Positions 39,755 to 49,388 of a stretch of 64,000 nucleotides of DNA are shown here, in pieces (positions within the stretch are counted from its first letter, which is position 1; each line of letters opens with the position of its first letter). The notes beneath the pieces are model-generated. The model was not told where the DNA came from, did no database searches, and saw nothing but the letters and a program-made list of their open reading frames with translations. The translations under genes and the position numbers were made by a program. Origin of the DNA: Puniceicoccaceae bacterium (GTDB taxonomy: Bacteria > Verrucomicrobiota > Verrucomicrobiia > Opitutales > Oceanipulchritudinaceae); contig JBFOMH010000013.1 of the NCBI GenBank assembly GCA_040830765.1, positions 128,001 through 192,000 on the forward strand, given 5' to 3'.

Positions 39755-40180
39755 CTACATCGCGACCGGATATTCCGGCTGGATAAAGTGCTTTCGCACC
39801 TTGGCGGCAATCTGGGGTGTGGTCATCCGGTCCACCGTTTCCACCCCGACTATTCTCCCAGACAACGCTGATCCGGCCACGTGTTTGCGAAACTCGTTTT
39901 TCCCTTCACCCGGTCCAAAGACGAGGAGCTCGTCAGCGAATCGGACGGCTTCAGCGACCACATCATACCAGCGTGATAAGTGGAGCTGGAACTTTCTTTC
40001 CCGGGTGTCCTCCTTCATCACATCCTGGGGACCATAAGGTGACCTGGAGCCGGATCCACCTGCCGGGCGGATGTGTTTTTCCATATTGGACTCGAGTATT
40101 TCCACTCGCTCCCGGTCTTCCGACAACTTGACGACCACCGCCTTGCGGTGATCTATCCACAACCCGATTTGCATGCTCAT
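39755..40180 (-). CDS. Small eRF1-domain-2/host-attachment-like protein
   Basis: GLWIDHRKAVVV..ELLVFGPGEGK.EF..IVGVETVDRMT..QI.AKVR.HF; SD AGAGGAGG before ATG 40180. Confidence 0.7.
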   Translation of the reverse strand: MSMQIGLWIDHRKAVVVKLSEDRERVEILESNMEKHIRPAGGSGSRSPYGPQDVMKEDTRERKFQLHLSRWYDVVAEAVRFADELLVFGPGEGKNEFRKHVAGSALSGRIVGVETVDRMTTPQIAAKVRKHFIQPEYPVAM

Positions 40181-40248
40181 ATTTCCTCCTCTGATCAGAT
40201 TACGCTTCCTGAGCGAGGATGGCAATGGAAATAGGGACTGGCAGCAGC

Positions 40249-41181
40249 TTAAAACTTGGTCGCCATCTCGTTCTCGTAGGCCCAGCCGTGGTTCCAGAAA
40301 TCAATGGTTGAGCGGACGGTCTGCATGAACTCCTGTTCCTGCTCACTGGCCTCCATGGCGGCCCAAACGGAATCGATGTATTCCATGCCAGCCTCCTTGC
40401 CATCCTCAATAAATGTCAGAATGGCCTTCGAACCATGGAGTCGAAACAACATTTCGTCGGAACTGCAGGCAAGGGAGTGGTCCATGCAGCGCAGGCGGGT
40501 TTCCCGGTCAAGGTCCTCCTTGTAGTTCACCGTCAGGGCCTCTGCTGTCGGGATTGATGCACAGTGGTAGAGTCGGCTCGGGCACTCATCTCCAAGAAAC
40601 TGGAAGAATGGCTCAAGGTAGCCCATGCTGACCGGAAGCCAGGGATTCCAGGAATTGCCAAAGTCCTCATGGATGAGAATGGACTTTCCTGGGATCAGGT
40701 AAGGATAAAAGGCCTGGATTATGTATTCGTTCATCTCCCATGATTTGGCCAGGTCGACGAAAAAAATTTCAATCGGCCCGCCTTCCCAGGGGAACTGCTT
40801 GATATCCCCGGCATTGACCGAAATCTTGTCCTCGAATCCAGCGATAGTGGATTGGAAATCCTCGAGAAAGGAATCACCCTCCTTTTTATTCAGAAAGCGT
40901 TGGGTTTCCTGATCCCGGCTGACTTCAAAGAGATCATAGGCATGGACATGGCCAAGGCCGTCTTCCCTCTCCGCCAGACCCGCCGCAAAAGCGACCGTGG
41001 AACTGCCGAGGAATGAGCCAAGATCGACAATCGCGCCCTCCCCGGAGTACCACTCCCGGGACAGCCAGTAGCACATCTGACGCTCCTGGCCAGTCAGCAG
41101 CGAACGCTTGGCCCGCTTGTAGATATCCGTGAAGGGCAGATTCCGCCAAGGGCGGTCTTTGATGCTTTCTGTCAAACTCAT
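40249..41181 (-). CDS. Class I SAM-dependent methyltransferase (Methyltransf_24-like)
   Basis: IVDLGSFLGSST, VHAYDLF, IEIFFVDLAKSW. Confidence 0.75.
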   Translation of the reverse strand: MSLTESIKDRPWRNLPFTDIYKRAKRSLLTGQERQMCYWLSREWYSGEGAIVDLGSFLGSSTVAFAAGLAEREDGLGHVHAYDLFEVSRDQETQRFLNKKEGDSFLEDFQSTIAGFEDKISVNAGDIKQFPWEGGPIEIFFVDLAKSWEMNEYIIQAFYPYLIPGKSILIHEDFGNSWNPWLPVSMGYLEPFFQFLGDECPSRLYHCASIPTAEALTVNYKEDLDRETRLRCMDHSLACSSDEMLFRLHGSKAILTFIEDGKEAGMEYIDSVWAAMEASEQEQEFMQTVRSTIDFWNHGWAYENEMATKF

Positions 41182-41207
41182 CGAAATTAACAAAAACCAT
41201 TGGAGGA

Positions 41208-41648
41208 TTACTTTGAATCGGCAAGTGCCTTCTCCATCCGCAGGTGAGGAATGCCAACCTCCGTGAATGGTTCCCCAACGCCCGCATAACCCAGCTTTTC
41301 ATAAAACGCAATGGCCCTATCGCGGGCATTGAGAAAGATCCGCCCTACCCCGCTGGCCCGAAGGATCGGCTCCACTGCTGTCATCAGAAAGCGGCCGAAT
41401 CCCCGTCCCTGCATATCCTCCCGGACCGCCATCTGGCGAATCTGCGCCAGGCCCTCTGCGTGCGGGACTACCATCAGGCAGGCCACCAGGTGCCCCTCCC
41501 GCAATAGCCCGAAATGCCGGTATCCCACTTCTTTCTCCAGCTCCGCTTCCGAATGCTCCAGCCCGATTGGCTTCCGCAGCAGATTTTCCCGCAATTCCAG
41601 CTCCTGGGTGTACAATTCAGTCCCGTGTGCTATCTCCACCAACTCCAT
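41208..41648 (-). CDS. GNAT family N-acetyltransferase (YjcF/ElaA-like)
   Basis: RQMAV..MQGRGFGR, LNAR..AIAFYEKLGY..F.EVGIPH..M. Confidence 0.88.
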   Translation of the reverse strand: MELVEIAHGTELYTQELELRENLLRKPIGLEHSEAELEKEVGYRHFGLLREGHLVACLMVVPHAEGLAQIRQMAVREDMQGRGFGRFLMTAVEPILRASGVGRIFLNARDRAIAFYEKLGYAGVGEPFTEVGIPHLRMEKALADSK

Positions 41649-41723
41649 CCTCCCCTGTTTCAGCCCAATTTTGACGAAAATGCAACTCGACAAACCCCGG
41701 AGTTAATAATTATTAATCAGGGT

Positions 41724-44174
41724 ATGGAAAGCAGGAGCATGCTGAAAGGGATCCTTCTCTGGGGGTTGGCCGGGATGGGTCTGGTGATGTCTGGGGAAAC
41801 AATCGAGGTGGGGACGCCGGAGGAACTGGCGAGCGCCCTCAAGGATCTGGAACCCGGTTCGCGGATCCAGATGGAATCCGGCGAGTGGAACAATCTGGAC
41901 ATTGTAATCGAGGGATGGGGTAACCCTGGGCAGCCGATCATCATCGAGGCGAAGGAACCGGGAAAGGTGAGACTGACGGGAGCGACCTCGATTCAGATAG
42001 CTGGTCGCCATATCACCCTGGCCGGGTTGCACTTTGACCGGGCCTACCTTGCGGAAGGTCGGGAAGCGTTGATCAGCCTGCGTACCGGGGAGGGGAAGGT
42101 GGCCCGGGATTGCCGTCTGACGGATCTCTATTTTGACCACTGCAACCCTGAGGATCCGCTTGAGAACTATCCGTGGATCCGGATGTACGGGCACAACAAC
42201 CGGGTCGACCACTGCCGCTTCGAGGGCCAGGACCACAAGGGAAGGGCCATCCAGGTGCGGGTGTACGAGGAGAACCCGGCCCACCGCATTGACCACAACT
42301 ACTTCCTCGATCGTTATCCGGGAGAGGAAAGCAATGGCTATGAAGTGATCCAGGTCGGCCTCAGCACGGACAGCATGAAGGCGGGTAATGTGGTCATGGA
42401 ACGGAACATCTTCGAGAACTGCGATGGGGAGACGGAAATCATCTCCAGCAAGAGCTGGAACAACATCATTCGCCAAAACCGCTTCCTGAGCAGCAGCGGA
42501 ACCGTGACCCTGCGCCATGGGAAGAACTGCGAGGTAATTGATAACCTGTTCAGCGGTGGCGGAAAGGCTGCCAGCGGAGGGGTCCGGGTGGTGGACAGCG
42601 GGCATAATGTTGAGGGAAACCACTTCACCGGACTGACCGGACGGACCGGCGGGGTCATTGTGCTGTACTGCGGCATTCCGGATTCTCCCTTGAATGGCTA
42701 CTTTCCCGCCAGCGACGTCCTGATTAAGAACAATACCTTTGTCGGGAACAGCGGTAATGCGATCTACCTGACCGGTGGATTTGGATCCCGGAACCGCATT
42801 CTCCTTCCGGAGGACGTTGTATTGGAGGCCAACGCACTCGGCCGGCCAACGAGTGGCGGCGTGGTGGCGATAGCGGGGGATGGAAACCTGCAGGGTCTCC
42901 AATTGAAGGACAATGTCCATGACTCAGGAATGGAAACAGGCCTCTCCCCGTCGACCGGACTCCGCCAGGCCGGAAATCGTATCACTACAGCAGAACCTCC
43001 CAGCCTGCCCGGATACAATGAGGTCGGCCCCCGATGGCTGCCCGACCTCCCTGAATTGATGCTGCTGGACGAGGCGCGTCTCCGCGGACTCCATCAACCT
43101 GGTACGGAAATCGAGGAAGCTGTACGGGACTGGATCCTCTCCGAGGCCAACGATATTATAAAGGAAGGAACTGTCTATTCCGTGACCTTTAATGACCGAA
43201 CACCTCCCAGCGGGGACATTCATGATTACTACAGCACGGGTCCTTACTGGTGGCCCGATCCGGATACGGAAGACGGATTGCCCTACATCCGGATCGACGG
43301 GAAGTTCAATCCGGAACGGGACCGGGTCTCCGACCGGCAACCCTTTACGGATATGGCGGGGGAGACCCGGATCCTGGCCCTGGCCCATGTCCTGAGTTCT
43401 GATCCAGCCTACGGGGAACATGCCGCCAAACTGCTCCGGACATGGTTCCTTGACGAGTCGACCCGGATGAATCCCAACCTCAACCATGCCCAGGCGATTC
43501 CCGGGGTCACGGACGGTCGCGGGACCGGCATCATCGACACCCATCCCTTTGTCGAGCTGGTCGATGCCATTTCTCTGGTCCAGCATGGAGGCTTTTTAAC
43601 CAATCAGGAATCCGCTCAGCTCGGGAATTGGTTGGCGGATTTTGCGGATTGGATGATCTATTCGACAAATGGCTCCGATGAACGGGATGCAAAAAACAAC
43701 CATGGGACGGCCTACGACATGCAGTTGGCGGCGCTGCTCTGGAAAACCGGCCAGAAGGAAAAGCTGCGCCAGTACCTTGTAACGGTCAGCCTGCCCCGGA
43801 TTGGAGCGCAAATTAAGGCCGACGGCCGCCAACCGTTGGAACTCTCACGGACCCGCACCTGGAGCTACTGCACGGAAAACCTGGAGCACTTCTTCAAGCT
43901 TGGGGTCATCGCAGAAAAGGCCGGTGTCGATCTTTTCCAATTTACCAGTGAAGAGGACTCCAGCCTTTCAGTCGCCCTGGACTTCCTCCTGCCGTATATC
44001 TGTGATCCTGATACTTGGCCCTATGAGCAGAAGACCGCCTGGCAGGACCACTTCATCCGCAACGTCCTCTCCATCGCGCAGGGGGTCTATCCGGACAAGC
44101 CGATTCCAGAAACACTGGATTGCCTCGGCTACGAAGGGGATGCCGCCCTCGCCTGGCTGCTGGGCAGGGAATAG
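41724..44174 (+). CDS. Secreted bimodular polysaccharide lyase: PL6 (chondroitinase B-like beta-helix) plus alginate-lyase-fold (PL38-like) domain
   Basis: Signal peptide. PL6: NRVDHC.F, NGYEVIQVG, CDGETEIISSKS, TLRHG. C-terminal: HDYYSTGPYWWPDP..GLPYIRIDG..NPE, MNPNLNHAQ, GIID, NNHGTAYD, RTRTWSY. Confidence 0.88.
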   Translation: MESRSMLKGILLWGLAGMGLVMSGETIEVGTPEELASALKDLEPGSRIQMESGEWNNLDIVIEGWGNPGQPIIIEAKEPGKVRLTGATSIQIAGRHITLAGLHFDRAYLAEGREALISLRTGEGKVARDCRLTDLYFDHCNPEDPLENYPWIRMYGHNNRVDHCRFEGQDHKGRAIQVRVYEENPAHRIDHNYFLDRYPGEESNGYEVIQVGLSTDSMKAGNVVMERNIFENCDGETEIISSKSWNNIIRQNRFLSSSGTVTLRHGKNCEVIDNLFSGGGKAASGGVRVVDSGHNVEGNHFTGLTGRTGGVIVLYCGIPDSPLNGYFPASDVLIKNNTFVGNSGNAIYLTGGFGSRNRILLPEDVVLEANALGRPTSGGVVAIAGDGNLQGLQLKDNVHDSGMETGLSPSTGLRQAGNRITTAEPPSLPGYNEVGPRWLPDLPELMLLDEARLRGLHQPGTEIEEAVRDWILSEANDIIKEGTVYSVTFNDRTPPSGDIHDYYSTGPYWWPDPDTEDGLPYIRIDGKFNPERDRVSDRQPFTDMAGETRILALAHVLSSDPAYGEHAAKLLRTWFLDESTRMNPNLNHAQAIPGVTDGRGTGIIDTHPFVELVDAISLVQHGGFLTNQESAQLGNWLADFADWMIYSTNGSDERDAKNNHGTAYDMQLAALLWKTGQKEKLRQYLVTVSLPRIGAQIKADGRQPLELSRTRTWSYCTENLEHFFKLGVIAEKAGVDLFQFTSEEDSSLSVALDFLLPYICDPDTWPYEQKTAWQDHFIRNVLSIAQGVYPDKPIPETLDCLGYEGDAALAWLLGRE

Positions 44175-44175
44175 A

Positions 44176-44210
44176 AAAAGCCCCGCTTCCTTTTGCAGGA
44201 AACGGGGCTT
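44176..44210. terminator. Intrinsic terminator between the convergent lyase and rpsA genes
   Basis: AAAAAGCCCCG..TTCC/GGAA..CGGGGCTT, with a T5 tail on the minus (rpsA) strand. Confidence 0.75.
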
Positions 44211-44235
44211 GAAAGGTTAAATCCGTTGACGGCGA

Positions 44236-45900
44236 TTAGCTGTCGTCTCGGGTCGCCTCGTCGAGGATGTCGCCAAGGCTGGTCAGCTCGTTGCTGCCGA
44301 GGTTGTCGAAGGCAGCCGTTTCCGCGGCCAGTTCCTTCTCGTCGTACTCGGCGGCCTTGATACTGAGGCCGATGCGGCGCTCGTCGCGGTCGATCTTGAT
44401 GACGCGAGCCTTGATCTCGTCGCCCGAGTTGAGGACGTCCTTGACCTTCTCGATGCGCTCCTCGCTGATCTGGCTGATGTGGACCAGTCCGTCGATTCCT
44501 TCCTTCAGCTCGACGAAAGCGCCGTAGCTGGTGATCTTGCTGACGGTACCGTTGACCAAGTCGCCAATCTTGAAGTGGGTGTCGATTTCGTCCCACGGGT
44601 CGTTGGTCAGCTGCTTCATGCCGAGGCTGATGCGCTGCTGTTCCGGATCCACATCGAGGACGATGGCGTCGATTTCGTCAGCCTTCTTCACCATTTCGGA
44701 AGGATGATTAATCTTGCGCGTCCAGGACATGTCGGAGACGTGGACCATGCCGTCGATACCTTCTTCCAGTTCGACGAAGGCGCCGTAGCTGGTGAGGTTG
44801 CGGACCTTGCCGCGGACGCGGGCGCCAACCGGGTAGTTGTGGCGGACCATGTCCCACGGGTTCGGGTCGAGCTGACGGACGGAAAGGCTGATCTTCTGGT
44901 CGTCCTTCTGGATACCGAGGACAACGGCCTCGATCTCGTCACCAACCTTGAGCACTTCGCTCGGCTTGTTGATGCGCTTGACCCAGGACAGCTCGGTGAC
45001 GTGGACGAGGCCTTCGACCCCTTCCTCGAGTTCGACAAAGGCACCATAGGGAACCAGGTTGACCACCTTGCCGCGGACACGGGCATTGACCGGATAGCGG
45101 TTCTCGATGCCTTCCCACGGATTTTCCGTGGTCTGCTTGAGACCGAGGGAAACACGCTCACGGTCGCGGTCGACTTCAATGATCATGACGTCAATTTCCT
45201 CACCCACCTTGAGCATTTCGCTCGGGTGGCTGATGCGGCCCCAGCTCATGTCGGTGATGTGGAGAAGGCCGTCGAGGCCGTCGAGGTCAACGAAGGCACC
45301 GTAGTCGGTGATATTCTTGACTGTACCACGCTGGACATCGCCCGGCTTGATGTTCTCAAGCAGGGAGCGGCGCTTTTCGAGGCGTTGCTCCTCGATCAGT
45401 TCACGGCGGGAAATGACAATGTTCTTCCGCTCGGTGTTGATCTTGAGGACCTTGAAATCGTAGGTCTGGCCGACGTACTGGTCGAGGTTCTTGGGCGGCT
45501 GGATGTCGATCTGGGAGGCAGGGAGAAAAGCGTCGACGCCAACATTGACGACGAGACCGCCCTTGACCTTGGACCGGACACGGCCGCTGAGTACGGAACC
45601 TTCCTCACACTGTGAAAGGATATTTTCCCAGTTCTTCTTTTGCTGGGCCTTGTCGTAGGACACCACGGGATTGCCGTCGCGGTCCTCGAGGCGCTCGAGG
45701 AAGACCTCGATTTCCTCACCGACCTGCAGTTCGCCCACGTCGAGAAACTCGTACGCGGGAACGACCCCTTCGGCTTTGGCCCCGATATCCAAAATGACGT
45801 CGCTGTCACGGATTTCGGTGATGATGCCCTTGATAATCGAGCCTTCAATCAGGCTCTCGAACTGGCTCTGGGCCAGTAGTTCTTCCATTACGGATGACAT
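44236..45900 (-). CDS. rpsA: 30S ribosomal protein S1
   Basis: Six S1 repeats (e.g. VKNITDYGAFVDL..DGLLHITDMSW); start at ATG 45900 with SD AGGAG. Confidence 0.97.
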   Translation of the reverse strand: MSSVMEELLAQSQFESLIEGSIIKGIITEIRDSDVILDIGAKAEGVVPAYEFLDVGELQVGEEIEVFLERLEDRDGNPVVSYDKAQQKKNWENILSQCEEGSVLSGRVRSKVKGGLVVNVGVDAFLPASQIDIQPPKNLDQYVGQTYDFKVLKINTERKNIVISRRELIEEQRLEKRRSLLENIKPGDVQRGTVKNITDYGAFVDLDGLDGLLHITDMSWGRISHPSEMLKVGEEIDVMIIEVDRDRERVSLGLKQTTENPWEGIENRYPVNARVRGKVVNLVPYGAFVELEEGVEGLVHVTELSWVKRINKPSEVLKVGDEIEAVVLGIQKDDQKISLSVRQLDPNPWDMVRHNYPVGARVRGKVRNLTSYGAFVELEEGIDGMVHVSDMSWTRKINHPSEMVKKADEIDAIVLDVDPEQQRISLGMKQLTNDPWDEIDTHFKIGDLVNGTVSKITSYGAFVELKEGIDGLVHISQISEERIEKVKDVLNSGDEIKARVIKIDRDERRIGLSIKAAEYDEKELAAETAAFDNLGSNELTSLGDILDEATRDDS

Positions 45901-46062
45901 GTTAACTGTATACTCCTGTATGTCTGCCCGGCGGGCTGGAGATTCCCGCAGACAGGTTTGAGGTTCATGTTTTACTCCACATACCCTCGGTGGCATGCGG
46001 AAAAGCCGGCGAAGTTCGCAAAGCGGACCGCCCATGGCAAGCGTTTTCTGCAGCGATCCGGG

Positions 46063-47601
46063 CTACATTTCACCCTCGATTGGCAGAATTCCGAGAAACC
46101 AGTCCTCCAGCTTCTGGAAAGCGGATGCTGCCGGCTGTGTCTCAAGGACTTCTTCATCGGATTTCCATATCACCTGTCCATCTGGGCCTACCTCCAGGTG
46201 CCATGCATTCCGGAGGAGGAAATCAAGGTCAAGGACCTCCCGGACACGGGTATTCAGGGACGGGCTCTCGATAAGGAGGCCCATCTCGGTATTCAGGCGG
46301 AGGGAGCGGGGATCGAGGTTCGCACTGCCGATAAAGGTCAAATTGTCATCGATCAGGACCAACTTGGCGTGCAGTCCAAGTTCCTTCTCTTCAACGGGAT
46401 GACGGATGTAAGTCCCGCGGTCCTTGGCCAGTGCCCGCACCTCGTGGACTTCCGCGCCGTGCCCCAGTAAACTGTGGATATGGTGCCGGTAAGCGCTGTG
46501 GGCGGCCACATGGTTGTTGGAGCGGAGTGAATTGGTCAGAATCCGGACCCGGACACCCCTGTTTTCAGCCGCTTCGATGGCCGCCTCCAGTTCGGGTGTG
46601 GGGATGAGGTAAGCGGAGACGAGAATCAGCTCCTTCTCGGCCCGCCCAAACCACTCATTAAGCTCAATGGCCAACTGGTCCGGCAGCTCATCGTGGTCTG
46701 CTGGATTATCGCGGGCTGGATGATCGGCGAGGAGGACGGCACTGCCTGGGTCGGCTTGCCGGGCTGCCTCCATCCAGCGGACGAGTCGTTCATCCCGGCT
46801 CTCTTCCAACCCGGCTGAAATCTCCCCATAAATCCACGTCTCGAAGCTCTCCCGGTCCATTCCCGCGGGCTGTTCCGTCATAATGGCCTCCAGGGGGAAG
46901 GTCCAGGGATTGTTCCAGAATTCATCGAACAAGTCGCTCAGTCCAAGCACCCCGGGGCCGGCGGTGAGCACTTCGATATCCCGGAAATTGGCTTCCTCGT
47001 GGCTCCCGAAATATTCGTCGGCGAGGTTCCGACCTCCGACAATGGCGGCCCGGTTATCGACTATCATGGCCTTGTTGTGCATCCGGTGGTCGAGGCGGCC
47101 GAATTCCCCGAGATTGATCAATTGCCGCATGGCGAAATTTTCCCGTCGCCGCTTGAAGGGATTGTAGATGCGGTACTCGACATTGGTGTGGTGGCCCAGA
47201 TCCCAGACAATGTCACTGTGGGTATTGAGGAAGGTGTCGTCCAGAAGGAGGCGCACACGGACACCGCGGTCCGCCGCCTCCAGAAGATGACGCAAAACGA
47301 GGCTGCCACTCTCGTCCCACATCCACAGGAAGGTTTGCAGGTCAATGGATTGGCTGGCGCTGTCGATGGCCCGCAACCTCCATTCCAGCCCCTCGGGCCC
47401 GGTGTTGAGCAGATAGTACCAGTCCCTTTCCTGCCGAACCGAATCAATTTCGTCCCAAAACGTATTTTCAACCGGCGCGAGAGCCGTTTCTACGGGTTTC
47501 TCAACTGGCTTCAGCGTGGTGCAAGCTGTCAGGCAGAGCCCCGCGAGCAGAAGCCCGGCGTTAATGGCCTGGGGTCTGATGCTGAAGGGCCATTTAATCA
47601 T
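46063..47601 (-). CDS. Phospholipase D family lipoprotein (cardiolipin synthase ClsC/YmdC-like)
   Basis: Lipobox LTAC; two HKD motifs, RMHNKAMIVD..GGRN and LHAKLVLID..GSAN; start uncertain (47601 or 47634). Confidence 0.88.
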   Translation of the reverse strand: MIKWPFSIRPQAINAGLLLAGLCLTACTTLKPVEKPVETALAPVENTFWDEIDSVRQERDWYYLLNTGPEGLEWRLRAIDSASQSIDLQTFLWMWDESGSLVLRHLLEAADRGVRVRLLLDDTFLNTHSDIVWDLGHHTNVEYRIYNPFKRRRENFAMRQLINLGEFGRLDHRMHNKAMIVDNRAAIVGGRNLADEYFGSHEEANFRDIEVLTAGPGVLGLSDLFDEFWNNPWTFPLEAIMTEQPAGMDRESFETWIYGEISAGLEESRDERLVRWMEAARQADPGSAVLLADHPARDNPADHDELPDQLAIELNEWFGRAEKELILVSAYLIPTPELEAAIEAAENRGVRVRILTNSLRSNNHVAAHSAYRHHIHSLLGHGAEVHEVRALAKDRGTYIRHPVEEKELGLHAKLVLIDDNLTFIGSANLDPRSLRLNTEMGLLIESPSLNTRVREVLDLDFLLRNAWHLEVGPDGQVIWKSDEEVLETQPAASAFQKLEDWFLGILPIEGEM

Positions 47602-49222
47602 CCGGTGTCCTGCTGAGCGTAATGTCTCCCTCATTGTTATCGGGGCGATTATCCTCGAAATTATCCGGCAACTTGACCTCTGCCGATACTGTGTAGGAAC
47701 TTCCCGAAAGAAGCTGGTCCTCCTGGACCGGAAGCTGGATGCTCTCGACTCCGCCCGCTTCAATCCCGGAAAACCGGTAGAAGAAGGGTTTGTCGTTGAC
47801 GGTTAATTCAACGGTCGCCCCCGGGATGAACTCCGTACCCCGATTCTCCAGGCTGATATAAAGCGGGAATGTCCCGCCTTCACTCTGCTCAACGGCCGGA
47901 TAAAGATCCGCCAGGGCCATGTCGATGATCCCCGATTGACCGGAGGCTTCGACGCGCTCCACGTTGAGGATACCGGCCCCATATTGGAGGTCATCACCCG
48001 GAAAGCCTGTCTCGTTGGCATTGTCCAGAATCAGGCGCCGGACCTCCTCGGGACTGCTGGCCATTCCACTTTGGATTATCCGCGCCGCCATGGCTGAAAC
48101 CAGCGGTGCGGCGGCAGATGTCCCGTCGAAGTAAATGAATTCGTTTTCCTCCCAGAGCGCATGCACCTTGAATCCCGGAGCCGCCAGGTCAATACCTTCG
48201 CCGTAATTGGAGAACGGGGCCCGGTTGCCATCGGCATCAACAGCCGCCACGCCAATGACCTCCGGATAGGCGGCTGGAAACGTAACAAAGGACTGGCCGT
48301 CGTTTCCGGAAGCGGCCACCAGTACAACGCCCCGATCGGCTGCGTATTGCACTGCCTGTCGGAGGACCTCGCTATCTCCATAACTGCCAAGGCTCATGTT
48401 GATAACATCCGCGCCGTTTTTCACGGCAGCCAGAATGCCTGAAGCCAGCGTGAACGCATCTCCCTGGCCGTTCCCGTCCAGTACTTGGATGGCCAGAACC
48501 TGGGTACCCGGGGCAAGGCCCGGGGCAAAGGGATTGGTGCTCAGAATCAACCCGGCAACGGCGGTGCCATGTGCTGAAAATTCACCCTCTCCAGGAGACT
48601 CCAACATTGAGACCTGCTCAACAGCCTCCACGGGAAGACCCGCATGGCCCAGCCAACCCGTATCCAGGACGGCGACTGTTGTTCCCTGCCCCCAACCGAG
48701 AAGATCCCCAAAGCCGGGAGCACCCAGGAATGTCAGGACATCTTTGCCGAAAGCACTGAGATTTTCACTTTGCCAAAATCCGAGGTCTGGAAACGCTGGA
48801 ACGCCAACCTGGTAATTGAAATCGACCGTCATATCGTCGGTCAGCAGTCCCCGGAGGCCAGATTGCGATCCGGCCAGACGGAGCATCATCAATTCAGGCA
48901 GGGAGGCCAGCACCTTGATTCCACTGGCCTCCGCAGCGGCAACGAATGCTTCCATTGACTCCCTATCCTTGAAACGGACGGTGAATTCACCGGGGATGAT
49001 ATCCCTGGCATTATCCGGCAAGGGGACCCGGGTCTCGCCGCTCCCGGTCACTTGGGGCAGCTGGACAAACTCAACCACCTCAGGTGGTATGTCTGCCTCA
49101 GCCTCCGTTACACCCTCATTCAGGACCTGTTCCGGTAGCCTCGTTTTGCTGAACCACAAGCTGACGGCAAGCAGTCCAGCAAGGAGGGGAACAATCCAAA
49201 AAATGTGGCGACGCGGAGGCAT
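47594..49222 (-). CDS. S8 family subtilisin-like serine peptidase with N-terminal anchor and C-terminal CARDB-like domain
   Basis: VAVLDTG, HGTAVAG, NMSLG, AASGN, GTSAAAP. Confidence 0.9.
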   Translation of the reverse strand: MPPRRHIFWIVPLLAGLLAVSLWFSKTRLPEQVLNEGVTEAEADIPPEVVEFVQLPQVTGSGETRVPLPDNARDIIPGEFTVRFKDRESMEAFVAAAEASGIKVLASLPELMMLRLAGSQSGLRGLLTDDMTVDFNYQVGVPAFPDLGFWQSENLSAFGKDVLTFLGAPGFGDLLGWGQGTTVAVLDTGWLGHAGLPVEAVEQVSMLESPGEGEFSAHGTAVAGLILSTNPFAPGLAPGTQVLAIQVLDGNGQGDAFTLASGILAAVKNGADVINMSLGSYGDSEVLRQAVQYAADRGVVLVAASGNDGQSFVTFPAAYPEVIGVAAVDADGNRAPFSNYGEGIDLAAPGFKVHALWEENEFIYFDGTSAAAPLVSAMAARIIQSGMASSPEEVRRLILDNANETGFPGDDLQYGAGILNVERVEASGQSGIIDMALADLYPAVEQSEGGTFPLYISLENRGTEFIPGATVELTVNDKPFFYRFSGIEAGGVESIQLPVQEDQLLSGSSYTVSAEVKLPDNFEDNRPDNNEGDITLSRTPDD

Positions 49223-49388
49223 AGTTGGGAAGGCTAATTTGCACCAATCGAGGGAATCGGGCAAGCAACATGAGAGAGTAAGGTCAATTTAGGATAGTCC
49301 CGACTGATTCTGCGATTGGCGTTTGGCGTGTCAAAGAACATGGTTGCCTCCTTCCAAAACTATGTAACTGCTCAACCTGTTCCTCTCC

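Noticed and set aside
44479..45615. 378-aa ORF antisense to rpsA, and internal DNA repeats
   Set aside because: Antisense shadow of a highly biased gene; the repeats are the S1 domains.
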